DNA of 64,000 nt from an uncultured Gemmatimonadales bacterium (GCA_963815325.1 CAWFGG010000002.1:709472-773471), one strand, 5' to 3'; positions 35,236 through 44,901 are shown, counted from the first letter of the stretch. Numbers and translations: made by a program. The notes: generated from the letters alone by a model not told the origin.

Positions 35236-36474
35236 ATGCTCACGTGGATGCTCGCGCGACGGGTGGGATTGGGGTGCGTGATCGGCATGATGATCAATGC
35301 CGGGTGCAGCGGCTCGGACCGACCCGGAGACCGGGTAGCGGTCCGGGACAGCGCCGGCATCACCATCGTCGAGAGCACGGCACCCGCCTGGGCCGAAGGA
35401 GCGGGCTGGCGCGTGGTCGACACGCCGAGTGTCGACATCGGGGGCCGGGCGGACGAGTCGGCATACGACCTGTTTCAGGTCTTTGGCGCGCTCAGGTTGA
35501 CGGACGGCCGGGTGGTCATCGCCGACGGCAGCACCCAACAGCTGCGGTTCTACGCCCCGGACGGGGCTCACCTGCATACCGTAGGGGGTGTTGGAGAGGG
35601 CCCAGGAGAATTCACCGGGCTGGGCCTACTGGTCTCCGCCCCCGGCGACACACTCCTGGCGTTCGACTTCCGTCAGCTCCGCATTTCACGGTTCGATCCA
35701 AACGGGAGCTTCCTCGATGCGCATTCGCTCGCCGGAATCGAGAGGGCAACGCTCCAGATGGTCGGGGTCCTCGACGATGGTACCGTCCTCTCCCGGTCCG
35801 GGGGAGCGTTTGCCCCGGGGAGTAAGCCCAGTGGTCTGGGTCGCGACTCGGCCCTCTACGTGTTCCACCAACTCCCGCTCACGCACCTCGACACGCTCGG
35901 CTGGTTCCCTGGCAGTGAGGCCTTCACAAAGAGCACGGACGGGGGAGTGTCCGTAAGGACGCTCCCGTTCGGAAAACACACGACCGTTGCTGTTCACGGA
36001 CCTCGGGTCTTCGTGGGGACAGCCGACGCGTACCGGATCATGGCATTCGACAAGAACGGCGCACTCCAGATGGACATTCGGCGACCGCACCAGCCAATCC
36101 CCGTGTCCGCGGATATGATCGCAACCTACAAACGGAGCCAACGAGACAATGCGGCGGTCCAAGGAGAGATGGCTCCCAACTTCAGGGCCATGTTTGACGC
36201 AATGTTGGAGGAAATGCCATATCCCGACGTGCACCCACCCTATCAGGAAATCACTTCAGATCGCGCCGGCAATCTGTGGGTGTTCGACCCGATAGTCTTA
36301 GGTGACGGCGCCCGCACCTACCACGTGTTCGACGCGACCGGCAGTTGGCTCGGACCCGTAAAGATGCCGATGCAATTCAAGCCCACCGATATCGGTTCCG
36401 ATTACGTCCTCGGAATTCGGTGGGACGAGGACCTCGTCGAGCACGTGCGGCTCTACCCGCTCCTCAAGCCGTAG
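35236..36474 (+). CDS. beta-propeller lipoprotein, paralog 2
   Basis: Lipobox 'INAGC'. Colinear similarity to 34000-35229, e.g. 'VRDSAGITIVE' vs 'VRDSAGVTIVE' and 'GEGPGEF' vs 'GGGPGEF'. Confidence 0.7.
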   Translation: MLTWMLARRVGLGCVIGMMINAGCSGSDRPGDRVAVRDSAGITIVESTAPAWAEGAGWRVVDTPSVDIGGRADESAYDLFQVFGALRLTDGRVVIADGSTQQLRFYAPDGAHLHTVGGVGEGPGEFTGLGLLVSAPGDTLLAFDFRQLRISRFDPNGSFLDAHSLAGIERATLQMVGVLDDGTVLSRSGGAFAPGSKPSGLGRDSALYVFHQLPLTHLDTLGWFPGSEAFTKSTDGGVSVRTLPFGKHTTVAVHGPRVFVGTADAYRIMAFDKNGALQMDIRRPHQPIPVSADMIATYKRSQRDNAAVQGEMAPNFRAMFDAMLEEMPYPDVHPPYQEITSDRAGNLWVFDPIVLGDGARTYHVFDATGSWLGPVKMPMQFKPTDIGSDYVLGIRWDEDLVEHVRLYPLLKP

Positions 36475-37737
36475 CCCCGGACTCCACGCCGCCGCTCACC
36501 ACCCCCGCGAAATCACGCCCGCTCGGGTTCTGGAACACCCGGAGGTCGAACTGCGGGGCGATCGAAAGAATGTGATCGAAGATGTCGGACTGGATACTCT
36601 CGTACGACGCCCAGCGGTATCATTCGAAAAGCAATAGAGCTGCATGGGCAGGCCGTGGGGCGTCGGCTCCAGTTGCCGCACGATCTGGGTCATCCCCTGA
36701 TGCACCTTCGAGTGACGGCGAAGATACTCGACCAGATACGCGCGGAGCGTGCCGACATTGGTGAGCCGCTTGGTGTTCGAGATGATCTCGGGATCCTGCA
36801 CGTGGGTGGCGTTGTACTCCGTCAGCTCCCGGCGTTTCGTCTTGATGTAGTCCTCGAGCAGCGCGAAGCGCTCGAAATAGGCGAGGTCATCGTCGTCGAG
36901 AAAGCGGATCGAATTGGTGTCGATGTAGAAGGTCCGCTTGATCCGTCGACCGCCCGATTCCGACATCCCACGCCAGTTCTTGAACGATTCGCTGATCAGC
37001 CGGTGGGTGGGAATCGTGGTGATGGTCTTGTCCCAGTTCTGCACCTTGACCGTGTGGAGCGCGATGTCGATCACGTCGCCATCGGCCCCGAAGGTCGGCA
37101 TTTCGATCCAGTCGCCCACGCGCACCATGTCGTAGCTGGCCAACTGCAGGCTGGCCACAAACGACAGAATGGTGTCGCGGAAGATCAGGAGAACCACCGC
37201 GGTCATGGCCCCGACGCCGCTCATCAGCACCAGGGGCGATTGCCCGGTGAGCGTGGCAATGATGAGCACCGCCCCGATCACGTAGATGAAGATCTTGGCG
37301 AGCTGGAGATGGCCCTTGATGGGCTTCCCGTCGGCGAGCGTGCTGGTCTCGTAGATGGCGTTGACGGCCGTGATGAGCGCCCCGGCCGCGAGCAACACCG
37401 CCAACACCATGAGGGCGAGCGCCATCCGCTGGATGATGAGCACCGCCGTATCCGACAGGCCCGTGACCAAGCCCAGGCCGAGATAGACGGTGACCACCGG
37501 GGCGAGATACGCAGCTCGCTCGAACACCCTCGCCTCGAGGAATTGATCGTCCCACTTGACGGTGGAGGTACGGACGACACGGCGCACCAGCACGAGGAGC
37601 ACGCGTTTCGTGACCAGGTACACCACGATCGCCAGGAGCCCCAAACCGAGGACTCCCACCCAGTCCGTGAGATAGGCCTGAGCCGTCAGCCGGTCGAGGA
37701 TCGATGTCGGAGTGTTTGCTGCCTGGATCGAGAGCAT
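36464..37737 (-). pseudogene. MscS-family (YbdG/MscM-like) mechanosensitive channel with a 1-nt frame disruption near 36613
   Basis: Intact through '...PMQLYCFSNDTA'. The conserved C-terminus 'WASYESIQSDIFDHILSIAPQFDLRVFQNPSGRDF' is readable only after shifting one base (observed 'gctgggcg', expected 'gcttgggcg'). The called ORF ends at 36496; the shifted frame ends at 36464. Confidence 0.8.
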
Positions 37738-37905
37738 GTGAACTTCCCGGTCAACGTCGGGCCGTCAGCGGATCGGATTTTCCAAATGTAGCATCGAATG
37801 GCCGCACACAGGTGAATCGAGGATGATAGGTGTCCGGCTGCCGGCTTCTGGCCTTTTCTGCCGAGCCCCTGGCATGAGACACCGTTCGGCTCTAGGCTTC
37901 CGGGC

Positions 37906-38670
37906 ATGACTCCCTGGGTAACCCGCATTCTGTTCGCCACCGTGGGCATGTACTTCGCAAGCCGGGCCGCGCCCAGCCTGGCATCGGCGCTGGTCCTGGT
38001 GCCCCGTGCAATCGTCCTCAGACCCTGGACCCCGATTACCTATATGTTCCTGCATGCCGACTTCTGGCATCTGGCCTTCAACATGCTGGGCCTCTACTTC
38101 TTCGGGCCCAGATTGGAGTTGCGCCTGGGCGGGCGGCGGTTCCTGTGGCTCTACTTCCTGAGTGGCATCAGCGGTGCGCTGCTCTCGTTGATCTTCACGC
38201 CGTCGGCTGCGATCATCGGAGCCTCGGGCGGCGTGTTCGGCGTCTTCCTGGGCTTCGCGATGTTCTGGCCCCGCGAACGAGTATTCATCTTCGGCATCCT
38301 GCCGATGGAGACATGGCTCTTGGTCACGCTGATGACCGTGGCGGCCCTCTTCGGCGGCGTCACCTCCTCACGCGGCGGCATCGCGCATTTCGCCCACTTG
38401 GGCGGCTTCCTGGGCGCCCTGCTCTACCTCAAATTCCTCCAGCGCACCTCACCAGCCCGCAAATTCAAGCAGCGCGCTAAGGCTTCGCCCGGGCGGACCA
38501 GCGGCAGCGACCGGACCAGCCTGGAGCGCTGGGCCAAAATTCCCCGCGAATCCATGCACGAGATCAACCGCTCTGAAGTCGAGCGGCTGCTCCACAAGGC
38601 CCAAACGCAAGGCGTGAGCAGCCTCACCCAGAGCGAACGGGACTGCCTCGACCGATTCAGCCCCTCGTAG
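37906..38670 (+). CDS. rhomboid-family intramembrane serine protease
   Basis: 254 aa. 'HADFWHLAFNM', 'GASGGVFG' and 'HLGGFLGG'-type motifs. Confidence 0.85.
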   Translation: MTPWVTRILFATVGMYFASRAAPSLASALVLVPRAIVLRPWTPITYMFLHADFWHLAFNMLGLYFFGPRLELRLGGRRFLWLYFLSGISGALLSLIFTPSAAIIGASGGVFGVFLGFAMFWPRERVFIFGILPMETWLLVTLMTVAALFGGVTSSRGGIAHFAHLGGFLGALLYLKFLQRTSPARKFKQRAKASPGRTSGSDRTSLERWAKIPRESMHEINRSEVERLLHKAQTQGVSSLTQSERDCLDRFSPS

Positions 38671-38690
38671 GAGCGTGTGTGTCATGCGAA

Positions 38691-38732
38691 AGCCCGCCCG
38701 CTGTCGCTCTCGTGCCGGACAGCGGGCGGGCT
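38691..38732. terminator. strong hairpin between convergent genes
   Basis: 15-bp perfect stem 'agcccgcccgctgtc'/'gacagcgggcgggct' with a 12-nt loop. Weak T-tract. Confidence 0.5.
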
Positions 38733-38754
38733 CGTCTGTGGGAGGAATCGGCGG

Positions 38755-39354
38755 CTAGTGCTGGTGCTCGGGGGAGTTCAAGTACTGCTCCGGAATCGGG
38801 AGGTCCGGGTATTCCGGCTGCCAGAAGATGGTCACGACCCACCAGCGGCCCTTCTCGTGCAACAACTGGAAGCTGTTGATCCCCCGCATGAAAGGCTCGG
38901 CGTCGTCCGCGCTCCGGCGCGATTCATAGGTGCTGAACACGTGCACTACGTTCCCGTATCGCTCCATGCGGCGGGCAACCTCCACCTCGAAGAACCCACC
39001 GCCCTCGAGCTGAGGCCCGGCGCGCGAGACGTAGTCCCCGATGGTCATGATGCGGTGACCCGTTTCACCTGTGTCGCGGTTCCGCCCGGTAGGAATGAGC
39101 CGTGCGCCGTCGATGAACAGCGATCGGAACCTGTTCCAGTCCCGTTTCTGACCGGCGGGCCCGGAGATGACGTCGTACACCGCCGTCATGATGGCGTCCA
39201 CCGATGCCACGTCCGCCGGATTCGCCGCGACGGGGGCGGCGGGAGCTGGCGCAGGCGCCTCTTGAGCCGAGCCGGCTGTTGGATTCGTGGCGATCAGCCC
39301 CAGCGACAAGAGGGCGGCAGGAACGGATAGAGCAATGCGCATTGCGGTCCTCAT
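38755..39354 (-). CDS. secreted SnoaL/NTF2-like (DUF4440-like) protein
   Basis: Start at ATG 39354, or ATG 39342 behind 'gagga'. Signal 'MRIALSVPAALLSLGLIA'. Core 'RFRSLFIDGARL...VFSTYES...INSFQLLHEKGRWWV'. Confidence 0.6.
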   Translation of the reverse strand: MRTAMRIALSVPAALLSLGLIATNPTAGSAQEAPAPAPAAPVAANPADVASVDAIMTAVYDVISGPAGQKRDWNRFRSLFIDGARLIPTGRNRDTGETGHRIMTIGDYVSRAGPQLEGGGFFEVEVARRMERYGNVVHVFSTYESRRSADDAEPFMRGINSFQLLHEKGRWWVVTIFWQPEYPDLPIPEQYLNSPEHQH

Positions 39355-39445
39355 TATTCGGGAAACGTCCGGAAGGCGACGGACACTGCCTCGCCCGGCA
39401 TTCCCTACGGAAGGGCCGGCCTGAAGATTCGAAGTCCTCATAACG

Positions 39446-39479
39446 GAGCGGGTGGCCCAGGAGACAGGGCCACCCGCTC
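39446..39479 (-). terminator. hairpin downstream of the 39503-40762 gene
   Basis: 13-bp perfect stem 'gagcgggtggccc'/'gggccacccgctc' with an 8-nt loop. No T-tract. Confidence 0.35.
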
Positions 39480-39502
39480 AGAGGACAGAGCCTACTGCTG
39501 AA

Positions 39503-40762
39503 TCAATTCGGCGCGTGTACCGTCGGTCCGCCGTAGTTTCGGTTCCGGCCTATCGCGGGGCCGCTCTCCAACACGATGTCGTTGTCGATCGTGGCGATCA
39601 CTTGGCGGATGGAGCCCGGGAAGGGCTCGGTCCTGGCGTTCTTGCCGAATGGATCGGAGTACCACACGTCCGGACCGTCCGCGTTGGTGATCCGGTTGCT
39701 GTTGATGTCGACGAATCGTTGGACGCCGTCGAAATCCGACCGCGGATCGTCGAATGTCACGCCGAGGAGTGTGCCGTCGGCCGTCGAGTTGTCGCAGAGG
39801 GAAGTCTGGGCATAGTCGCCGTTCGGCTCGACCTCGTAACAGGCGTCTAGGGGCCGCCCCACTCCGTTCGGCAAGGCCGGGTCGTAGAACCGGCTGGGAT
39901 GGAGCACCTGGTAGTACGGATTGATGCTGGCGATGGTCTGCCCGCCCTCCGTCCGGATACTCTGGGAAATCTGCCAACTCTCGCGAAGCGCCGTACCGAT
40001 GTTGGACGACTGTCCTGCGGGAACCAAGAAGAACTCCTCGATGCATCCACGGTCTGGGAGAATCCGCTTGCCGCCTCCGGACGGCGAGCCGGCCGGTGTG
40101 GCGGGTCCCACCTGAACATGCGCGTCGCGATCGCACGAGCGGACGAACTCCCCGGGCGTTCCGATGGCCGCCATCATGGTGAGATGCATCTCTGTGCCGT
40201 CGATGCACCGGATGTGATACACCAATTCGTGCAGGTTGTTGGTGAAGGCATCCTTCGAATGGGTGCCTTGATGCAGCTTGGTCAGCACGTCGCAGGTGAT
40301 GCGCAGGCCGGCCGAGGCGGCGTCCCCGTTCAGCCGCATCTCGACGTCGTTCTCCCATTCGACCTTGTGGCCCACGTGGTCCTCATGCCGCGGGGTCGCC
40401 GGATCGTAGATGTCGAGCGCCTCGTTGGCGTACCCGAATGCAATGTCTCCGACTTCCTGATACAGATCCGACCCGCGCGGATCCCGACCATGTTCGTGGC
40501 CGAAGGAACATCCCGTCGCCGGATCGACCGGTGGATGCCAGGTGGGGTAGAGCTGCCGATCCGGCCCGACCACCGAGTAGGCGTCGTGAATGGCCGCCGA
40601 GCATTCGCCCGGGCCCGGAGTCCACTTGCCAAACGCCGTCGCCGGACCGGTCGCCGTCTCGGGCCCGGTCGACTTGTCAAACGCCGAGGAACATCCGGCG
40701 AGCATGATGGTCAGCGGCAGGATGACGGCACCCAGCATTCGGTTCCCACGAATCGAACCCAT
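39503..40762 (-). CDS. His/Cys-rich lipoprotein of unknown function
   Basis: ATG 40762 behind 'ggaggag'. Lipobox 'IMLAGCSS'. Motifs 'CSFGHEHGRDP' and 'PRHEDHVGHKVEWEND'. Confidence 0.65.
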   Translation of the reverse strand: MGSIRGNRMLGAVILPLTIMLAGCSSAFDKSTGPETATGPATAFGKWTPGPGECSAAIHDAYSVVGPDRQLYPTWHPPVDPATGCSFGHEHGRDPRGSDLYQEVGDIAFGYANEALDIYDPATPRHEDHVGHKVEWENDVEMRLNGDAASAGLRITCDVLTKLHQGTHSKDAFTNNLHELVYHIRCIDGTEMHLTMMAAIGTPGEFVRSCDRDAHVQVGPATPAGSPSGGGKRILPDRGCIEEFFLVPAGQSSNIGTALRESWQISQSIRTEGGQTIASINPYYQVLHPSRFYDPALPNGVGRPLDACYEVEPNGDYAQTSLCDNSTADGTLLGVTFDDPRSDFDGVQRFVDINSNRITNADGPDVWYSDPFGKNARTEPFPGSIRQVIATIDNDIVLESGPAIGRNRNYGGPTVHAPN

Positions 40763-40932
40763 CGACTCCTCCTCACGAAACGGCGTGCCGGCCAACGCCG
40801 TGCGACGATGACCGGACATAGTGCAATGCGTTGCATGCACTTACACTTTCAGGATGTGTCAAACTGCTGGTGCGACGGATGCTGCACCGTGATCCGTGTC
40901 ACAGGGAAAGCATTGCGCCCCTTTGCGGCGGC

Positions 40933-41502
40933 TCAGTGCCAGGTCATACCGAGGCCGACTTGGAGAAAGCTGAGTGTGGCGTCGCCGGCGATGCGGGTGC
41001 CGTTGAAGTTGCGATTGCCGTGGGCCGATCCGATGGCCGTCACAAACGGCACGAGGGACATGTTGCGGCCAACCTGGAACTCGTAGCCCACCCCGAGCTG
41101 GGCCGCCAGGGCGCGGGAGGTCAGCGCGTCGGCATCATCGTCCAGCCGGTCGGCAATGACGCCGAGGCCGCCTTTGACGTACCACGACCCGCGGTTGGGA
41201 TACCAGAGCGCGATGGCGCTGAGCGAGCCCATGGCCCGGTCGATGGCGTTTTCATCATGCATCCACCCGTTTGCCTCGACACCCAGCAGGAACCCGGGTG
41301 TGATGGTCCCACCCAATCTGAAGTACGCGGAATACGAGCTGTGCCGATCGCTGACGCAAATGGTACAAGCCGTCTTGGCAAAGCCCACACCGAGTCCGGC
41401 ACCATACCAGAAACCTTGATTGAGACTGCTCTGCGCGGCAGCCGGCGAAGCGCCCGCGCCGAAGGCGAGGGCACCCGTGATGGTGAGGGAGCTGAAACGC
41501 AT
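40933..41502 (-). CDS. outer-membrane beta-barrel protein (OmpA-N/OmpW-like small barrel)
   Basis: Signal 'MRFSSLTITGALAFGAGASPAAAQ'. Ends 'LSFLQVGLGMTWH', with an aromatic near the C-terminus. Gly/aromatic strand pattern. Confidence 0.65.
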   Translation of the reverse strand: MRFSSLTITGALAFGAGASPAAAQSSLNQGFWYGAGLGVGFAKTACTICVSDRHSSYSAYFRLGGTITPGFLLGVEANGWMHDENAIDRAMGSLSAIALWYPNRGSWYVKGGLGVIADRLDDDADALTSRALAAQLGVGYEFQVGRNMSLVPFVTAIGSAHGNRNFNGTRIAGDATLSFLQVGLGMTWH

Positions 41503-41779
41503 CGAATCCTCGAGGCAACGGTTCATGGCTTGCCGGGCGGCCGGGCGGCGCGAACAAGCCTGTGCCAAAAGCAGAAACCGTGCCCTCGCGGCGTGCGCCG
41601 GCGCAACACCGGGCGCATCTCATTGCCTTGAGACGGCATATCCGACAATCTCATAGCTGGCGCGCCGCGAGCCCCACGCTCTCGAGCGAGCCGCCACTCT
41701 AGCAGAGTGCCCGAGTCCCAAGGGTCCACCCCAGCGTCCCGGGCGGAGCCACCGCAATTCCTGCATGGAGCCTTCGACA

Positions 41780-42784
41780 ATGCACCGGCTGCTGCACTAT
41801 CACCCGCGCTCGAGTCTGGGTCTCGCGTTCGCTGCGGCGGTACTCCTGCACCCAGGATCACCCCTGGTGGGCCAAGCCGACGCCCCGTACCTGATCGTGC
41901 TCGGCATCGCCCAGGACGGTGGTGTTCCCCAGGCCGGTGCCAGGCCCAGTGGAGACCAGGAATCCGACGAGTTTCGCCGACATGTGGTATCACTCGCGGT
42001 GGTCGATCCCGAGACCGGTGAGCGCTGGATGTTTGAGGCCACGCCCGACTTTCCGGCCCAGCTCCGCGCGCTCGATCGCATCGCGCCCGCCCCCGCTGCA
42101 CCCGGGCTCCAGGGCATCTTCCTGACGCACGCGCACATCGGCCACTACACCGGGCTGATGCATCTGGGCCATGAAGCGATGGGAGCCCGAGGGATTCCGG
42201 TGTACGCCATGCCCACGATGGCCGAGTTCCTTAGCACCAACGGCCCGTGGAGCCAACTCGTCCGCTTCGAAAACATCACCCTCCGGCTCCTCGAAGACGG
42301 CGTGCCCGTCCAACTGAATGAGCGGCTGTGGGTCACGCCGCTCTTGGTACCGCACCGGCAGGAGTATTCCGAAGTGGTCGGGTATCGCATCCAGGGACCG
42401 GACCGGAGGGCGCTGTTCATTCCAGACATCGACCGGTGGGACGCATGGGATCGCGAGGGACATCGCATCGAGGACGTGCTCGCCGGCGTCGACGTGGCGT
42501 ACCTCGACGGCACCTTCTTCGCGGATCGTGAAGTCGGGGGACGCGACATGTCGTCCTTCCCGCATCCTTTCATTACCACCACCATGGAACGACTCGGCAC
42601 GCTCCCGCCGGACCAGCGCGCCAAGGTGCGCTTTATTCATCTGAACCACACCAATCCGGCGCTGCAGGCATCGAGCCCGGCCCGAGCGGCCATCACCAGA
42701 GCGGGCTTCAGGGTGGCCGAGGAATCCGAGCGGGTGCCTCTCGGGAAGGTTGGCCCAGCACAACCCAACAGGGGCGGTAGGTGA
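41780..42784 (+). CDS. MBL-fold metallo-hydrolase (PqqB-like)
   Basis: 'LGIAQDGGVPQAG' and 'FLTHAHIGHYTGL' (HxHxxH-type). Probable signal peptide. Track ORF starts at 41765. Confidence 0.75.
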   Translation: MHRLLHYHPRSSLGLAFAAAVLLHPGSPLVGQADAPYLIVLGIAQDGGVPQAGARPSGDQESDEFRRHVVSLAVVDPETGERWMFEATPDFPAQLRALDRIAPAPAAPGLQGIFLTHAHIGHYTGLMHLGHEAMGARGIPVYAMPTMAEFLSTNGPWSQLVRFENITLRLLEDGVPVQLNERLWVTPLLVPHRQEYSEVVGYRIQGPDRRALFIPDIDRWDAWDREGHRIEDVLAGVDVAYLDGTFFADREVGGRDMSSFPHPFITTTMERLGTLPPDQRAKVRFIHLNHTNPALQASSPARAAITRAGFRVAEESERVPLGKVGPAQPNRGGR

Positions 42785-42882
42785 TGATCAAGCATTGCCG
42801 CACCAATGGGTTACCTGGCGTAGGTATCAAGATGAAACAAGCAGGAACGGTTCATCGTATGGGAAGGCAACGGAGAACCACG

Positions 42883-43146
42883 ATGACCGCATTCGCCCTG
42901 CCGCTCGACCAGGTAGTGTGCTCGGGAGCCTTCGACTCCATCGCCGCAACGGCGCTCGAGTTCCTGAGCCGGACCCGGGCAGATGCGCGCCCTCGAGTGG
43001 CCAAGGCCGAGCGCGGGATCACGCTCGAGCGCAAGAACTACGTGTTGCTGACGCAGGAGGGCGAGCGGATCGGCATTATCCCGGTTCCCGAGCGGCGGCC
43101 GGTCCTGGGCCGGCTCCAGCCGACGCTATTGCTGCGACGCTGTTGA
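42883..43146 (+). CDS. small hypothetical protein (87 aa)
   Basis: ATG 42883 inside track ORF 42781-43146. No recognisable motif. The upstream 100 nt are visibly less GC-rich. Confidence 0.35.
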   Translation: MTAFALPLDQVVCSGAFDSIAATALEFLSRTRADARPRVAKAERGITLERKNYVLLTQEGERIGIIPVPERRPVLGRLQPTLLLRRC

Positions 43147-43267
43147 CCTCGGGCTTCAGACGGAGCTCCTACTTCCCTGCCCGGTCCTAGTGCGAGGCCC
43201 GCAGGATCCCTACCTTCCTGTTCCACGTCTCTGCACAGCGATCGACATTCCAGCACTGGAGCATTGA

Positions 43268-43747
43268 ATGGCGAGCAGGTCGGCGTCTCCCGGGACTCTC
43301 ATGTTGAATTCCTGGGAGCGGCTCCGGTCGAAGCCCGGCGGGAAATGGCTGTTCAATCGGTTCCTCGCGTTCCGCGTGCCCTACACCGGCACCGCGGGCC
43401 CGAGTGTCCAGGAGCTTCGACCCGGCTACGCCAAGGTGTCGATGCGCGACCGACGCCGGGTGCGGAACCACCTCAACTCGATCCACGCGATTGCAATCGC
43501 CAACCTGGGTGAGGTCACGAGCGGCCTGGCGATGCTGGTCGGACTACCGGCGAGTGTGCGTGGCATCGTACTCGGCCTTTCGGTCGAGTACCTGAAGAAG
43601 GCCCGCGGCACACTGGTCGCCGAGTGCGCCACCGACATACCGCAAGTAGCGGAGCCGACGGAGCACTCGGTCGTGGCGGACATCCGCGATGCCGAGGGCG
43701 ACACGGTGGCGCGGGTCACCGCCCGATGGCGGCTGAGCCCCAGTTAG
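43268..43747 (+). CDS. hotdog-fold protein (DUF4442 / PaaI-like thioesterase family)
   Basis: 159 aa. '[20 protein letters not shown]' and '[12 protein letters not shown]' are typical of the DUF4442 hotdog family as I recall it. Confidence 0.6.
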   Translation: MASRSASPGTLMLNSWERLRSKPGGKWLFNRFLAFRVPYTGTAGPSVQELRPGYAKVSMRDRRRVRNHLNSIHAIAIANLGEVTSGLAMLVGLPASVRGIVLGLSVEYLKKARGTLVAECATDIPQVAEPTEHSVVADIRDAEGDTVARVTARWRLSPS

Positions 43748-43828
43748 CAGCGGCTCGCTGGTTCGCCACCCTCCTACTCCCGCAGCACGGCCCTTGTAAA
43801 CGCACCGCCCTCGAGCAGCGTATCATCA

Positions 43829-44455
43829 GTGCATGAACGAGAGACCGGACTCATCGTGAGCGCGCTCCGGGACCTCAACGAATCGGTTGCGCCGCTGATC
43901 GTGCGGGCCCAGCACGGCGACGCGGCGGCCTTTGCCGACCTCGTTCGGGCCTGCCGGCCCCTGGTCTACCGCTGGTCGGTGGTGGCCTCGGGAGATCCGG
44001 ACGAAGCCGAAGACGTGACCCAGGAGGTGCTAGTGCGGCTCTACCTCTCGCTCGATCGGTACCGAACCGACGCAACCTTCACGACCTGGCTCTATCGTAT
44101 GACGCGCAATGCCGCGACCGACCGGTTCCGCCGGTACCAGAGCCGACTGAGGCTCATCCGATCGAACGAGGCGTTGCCTGGCACCTCGGAGCGCGATCCC
44201 GGCACCAGCCCGTCCGCCGGGGTGCTCGCGACCGAGGCGCGTGGCATCGTCCGCCGATTTCTGGCGTGGCTCCCCGCGCGGCAGCGGCAAGTGCTGGACC
44301 TGGTCGACCTGCAGGACTTCACACCGGCGGAAGCGGCGGACATGCTCGGCCTCGACGGCGGCACCGTCCGGGCCCACCTCCACCGGGCCAGGCGGACCCT
44401 GCGGTCGAAGATCACCGAGCGCTATCCCGAATATGGAAAAGGAGAAGGCGAGTGA
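43829..44455 (+). CDS. ECF sigma factor (second in window)
   Basis: GTG start (alternative GTG 43856). 'DEAEDVTQEVLVRLY', 'FTTWLYRMTRNAATD', region 4 'TPAEAADMLGLDGGTVRAHLHRARRTL'. Confidence 0.85.
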   Translation: MHERETGLIVSALRDLNESVAPLIVRAQHGDAAAFADLVRACRPLVYRWSVVASGDPDEAEDVTQEVLVRLYLSLDRYRTDATFTTWLYRMTRNAATDRFRRYQSRLRLIRSNEALPGTSERDPGTSPSAGVLATEARGIVRRFLAWLPARQRQVLDLVDLQDFTPAEAADMLGLDGGTVRAHLHRARRTLRSKITERYPEYGKGEGE

Positions 44456-44901
44456 CCTGTACCCAGATCCAAGACCAACTGCTCGAGGCCGCTCCATCGG
44501 AATTGCGGGGCGAAGGCGAGTCGGCGGTGGCGCAGCACGTGCGAAGCTGCCCGCGCTGTCGCCAACTGGCCGAGCGGATCGTGGCGGAAGAGCGCCGCCT
44601 CCAGAGTGCCCTGGCCGCGCTCGAGCCACGGCAACCGGTCGATGACGCCGTACGTACCGCCGTCAGGCAGGCGCGGCAGCGCCGGCGACGGCGACGGGTG
44701 TTGGCGGCGGGCCTAGCGGCGGCGGCCATCGCGACCTTTGCCCTCTGGCACAGCGGTCGGTCGGCACTGCCACCCTCTCCGCCACCAACCGCCATGGCCC
44801 AGCCGTTTGTCCAAACCAGTGCGGACCAGAATGTCATCGTGTACCAAACCGCCAACCCCGACATCGTCGTGGTCTGGCTGTATCAACGGAACGGGAGCTG
44901 A
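44452..44901 (+). CDS. zf-HC2 anti-sigma factor (short)
   Basis: GTG 44452 overlaps the sigma TGA (GTGA). 'HVRSCPRCRQLA'. TM segment 'VLAAGLAAAAIATFALW'. Confidence 0.7.
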   Translation: MTCTQIQDQLLEAAPSELRGEGESAVAQHVRSCPRCRQLAERIVAEERRLQSALAALEPRQPVDDAVRTAVRQARQRRRRRRVLAAGLAAAAIATFALWHSGRSALPPSPPPTAMAQPFVQTSADQNVIVYQTANPDIVVVWLYQRNGS

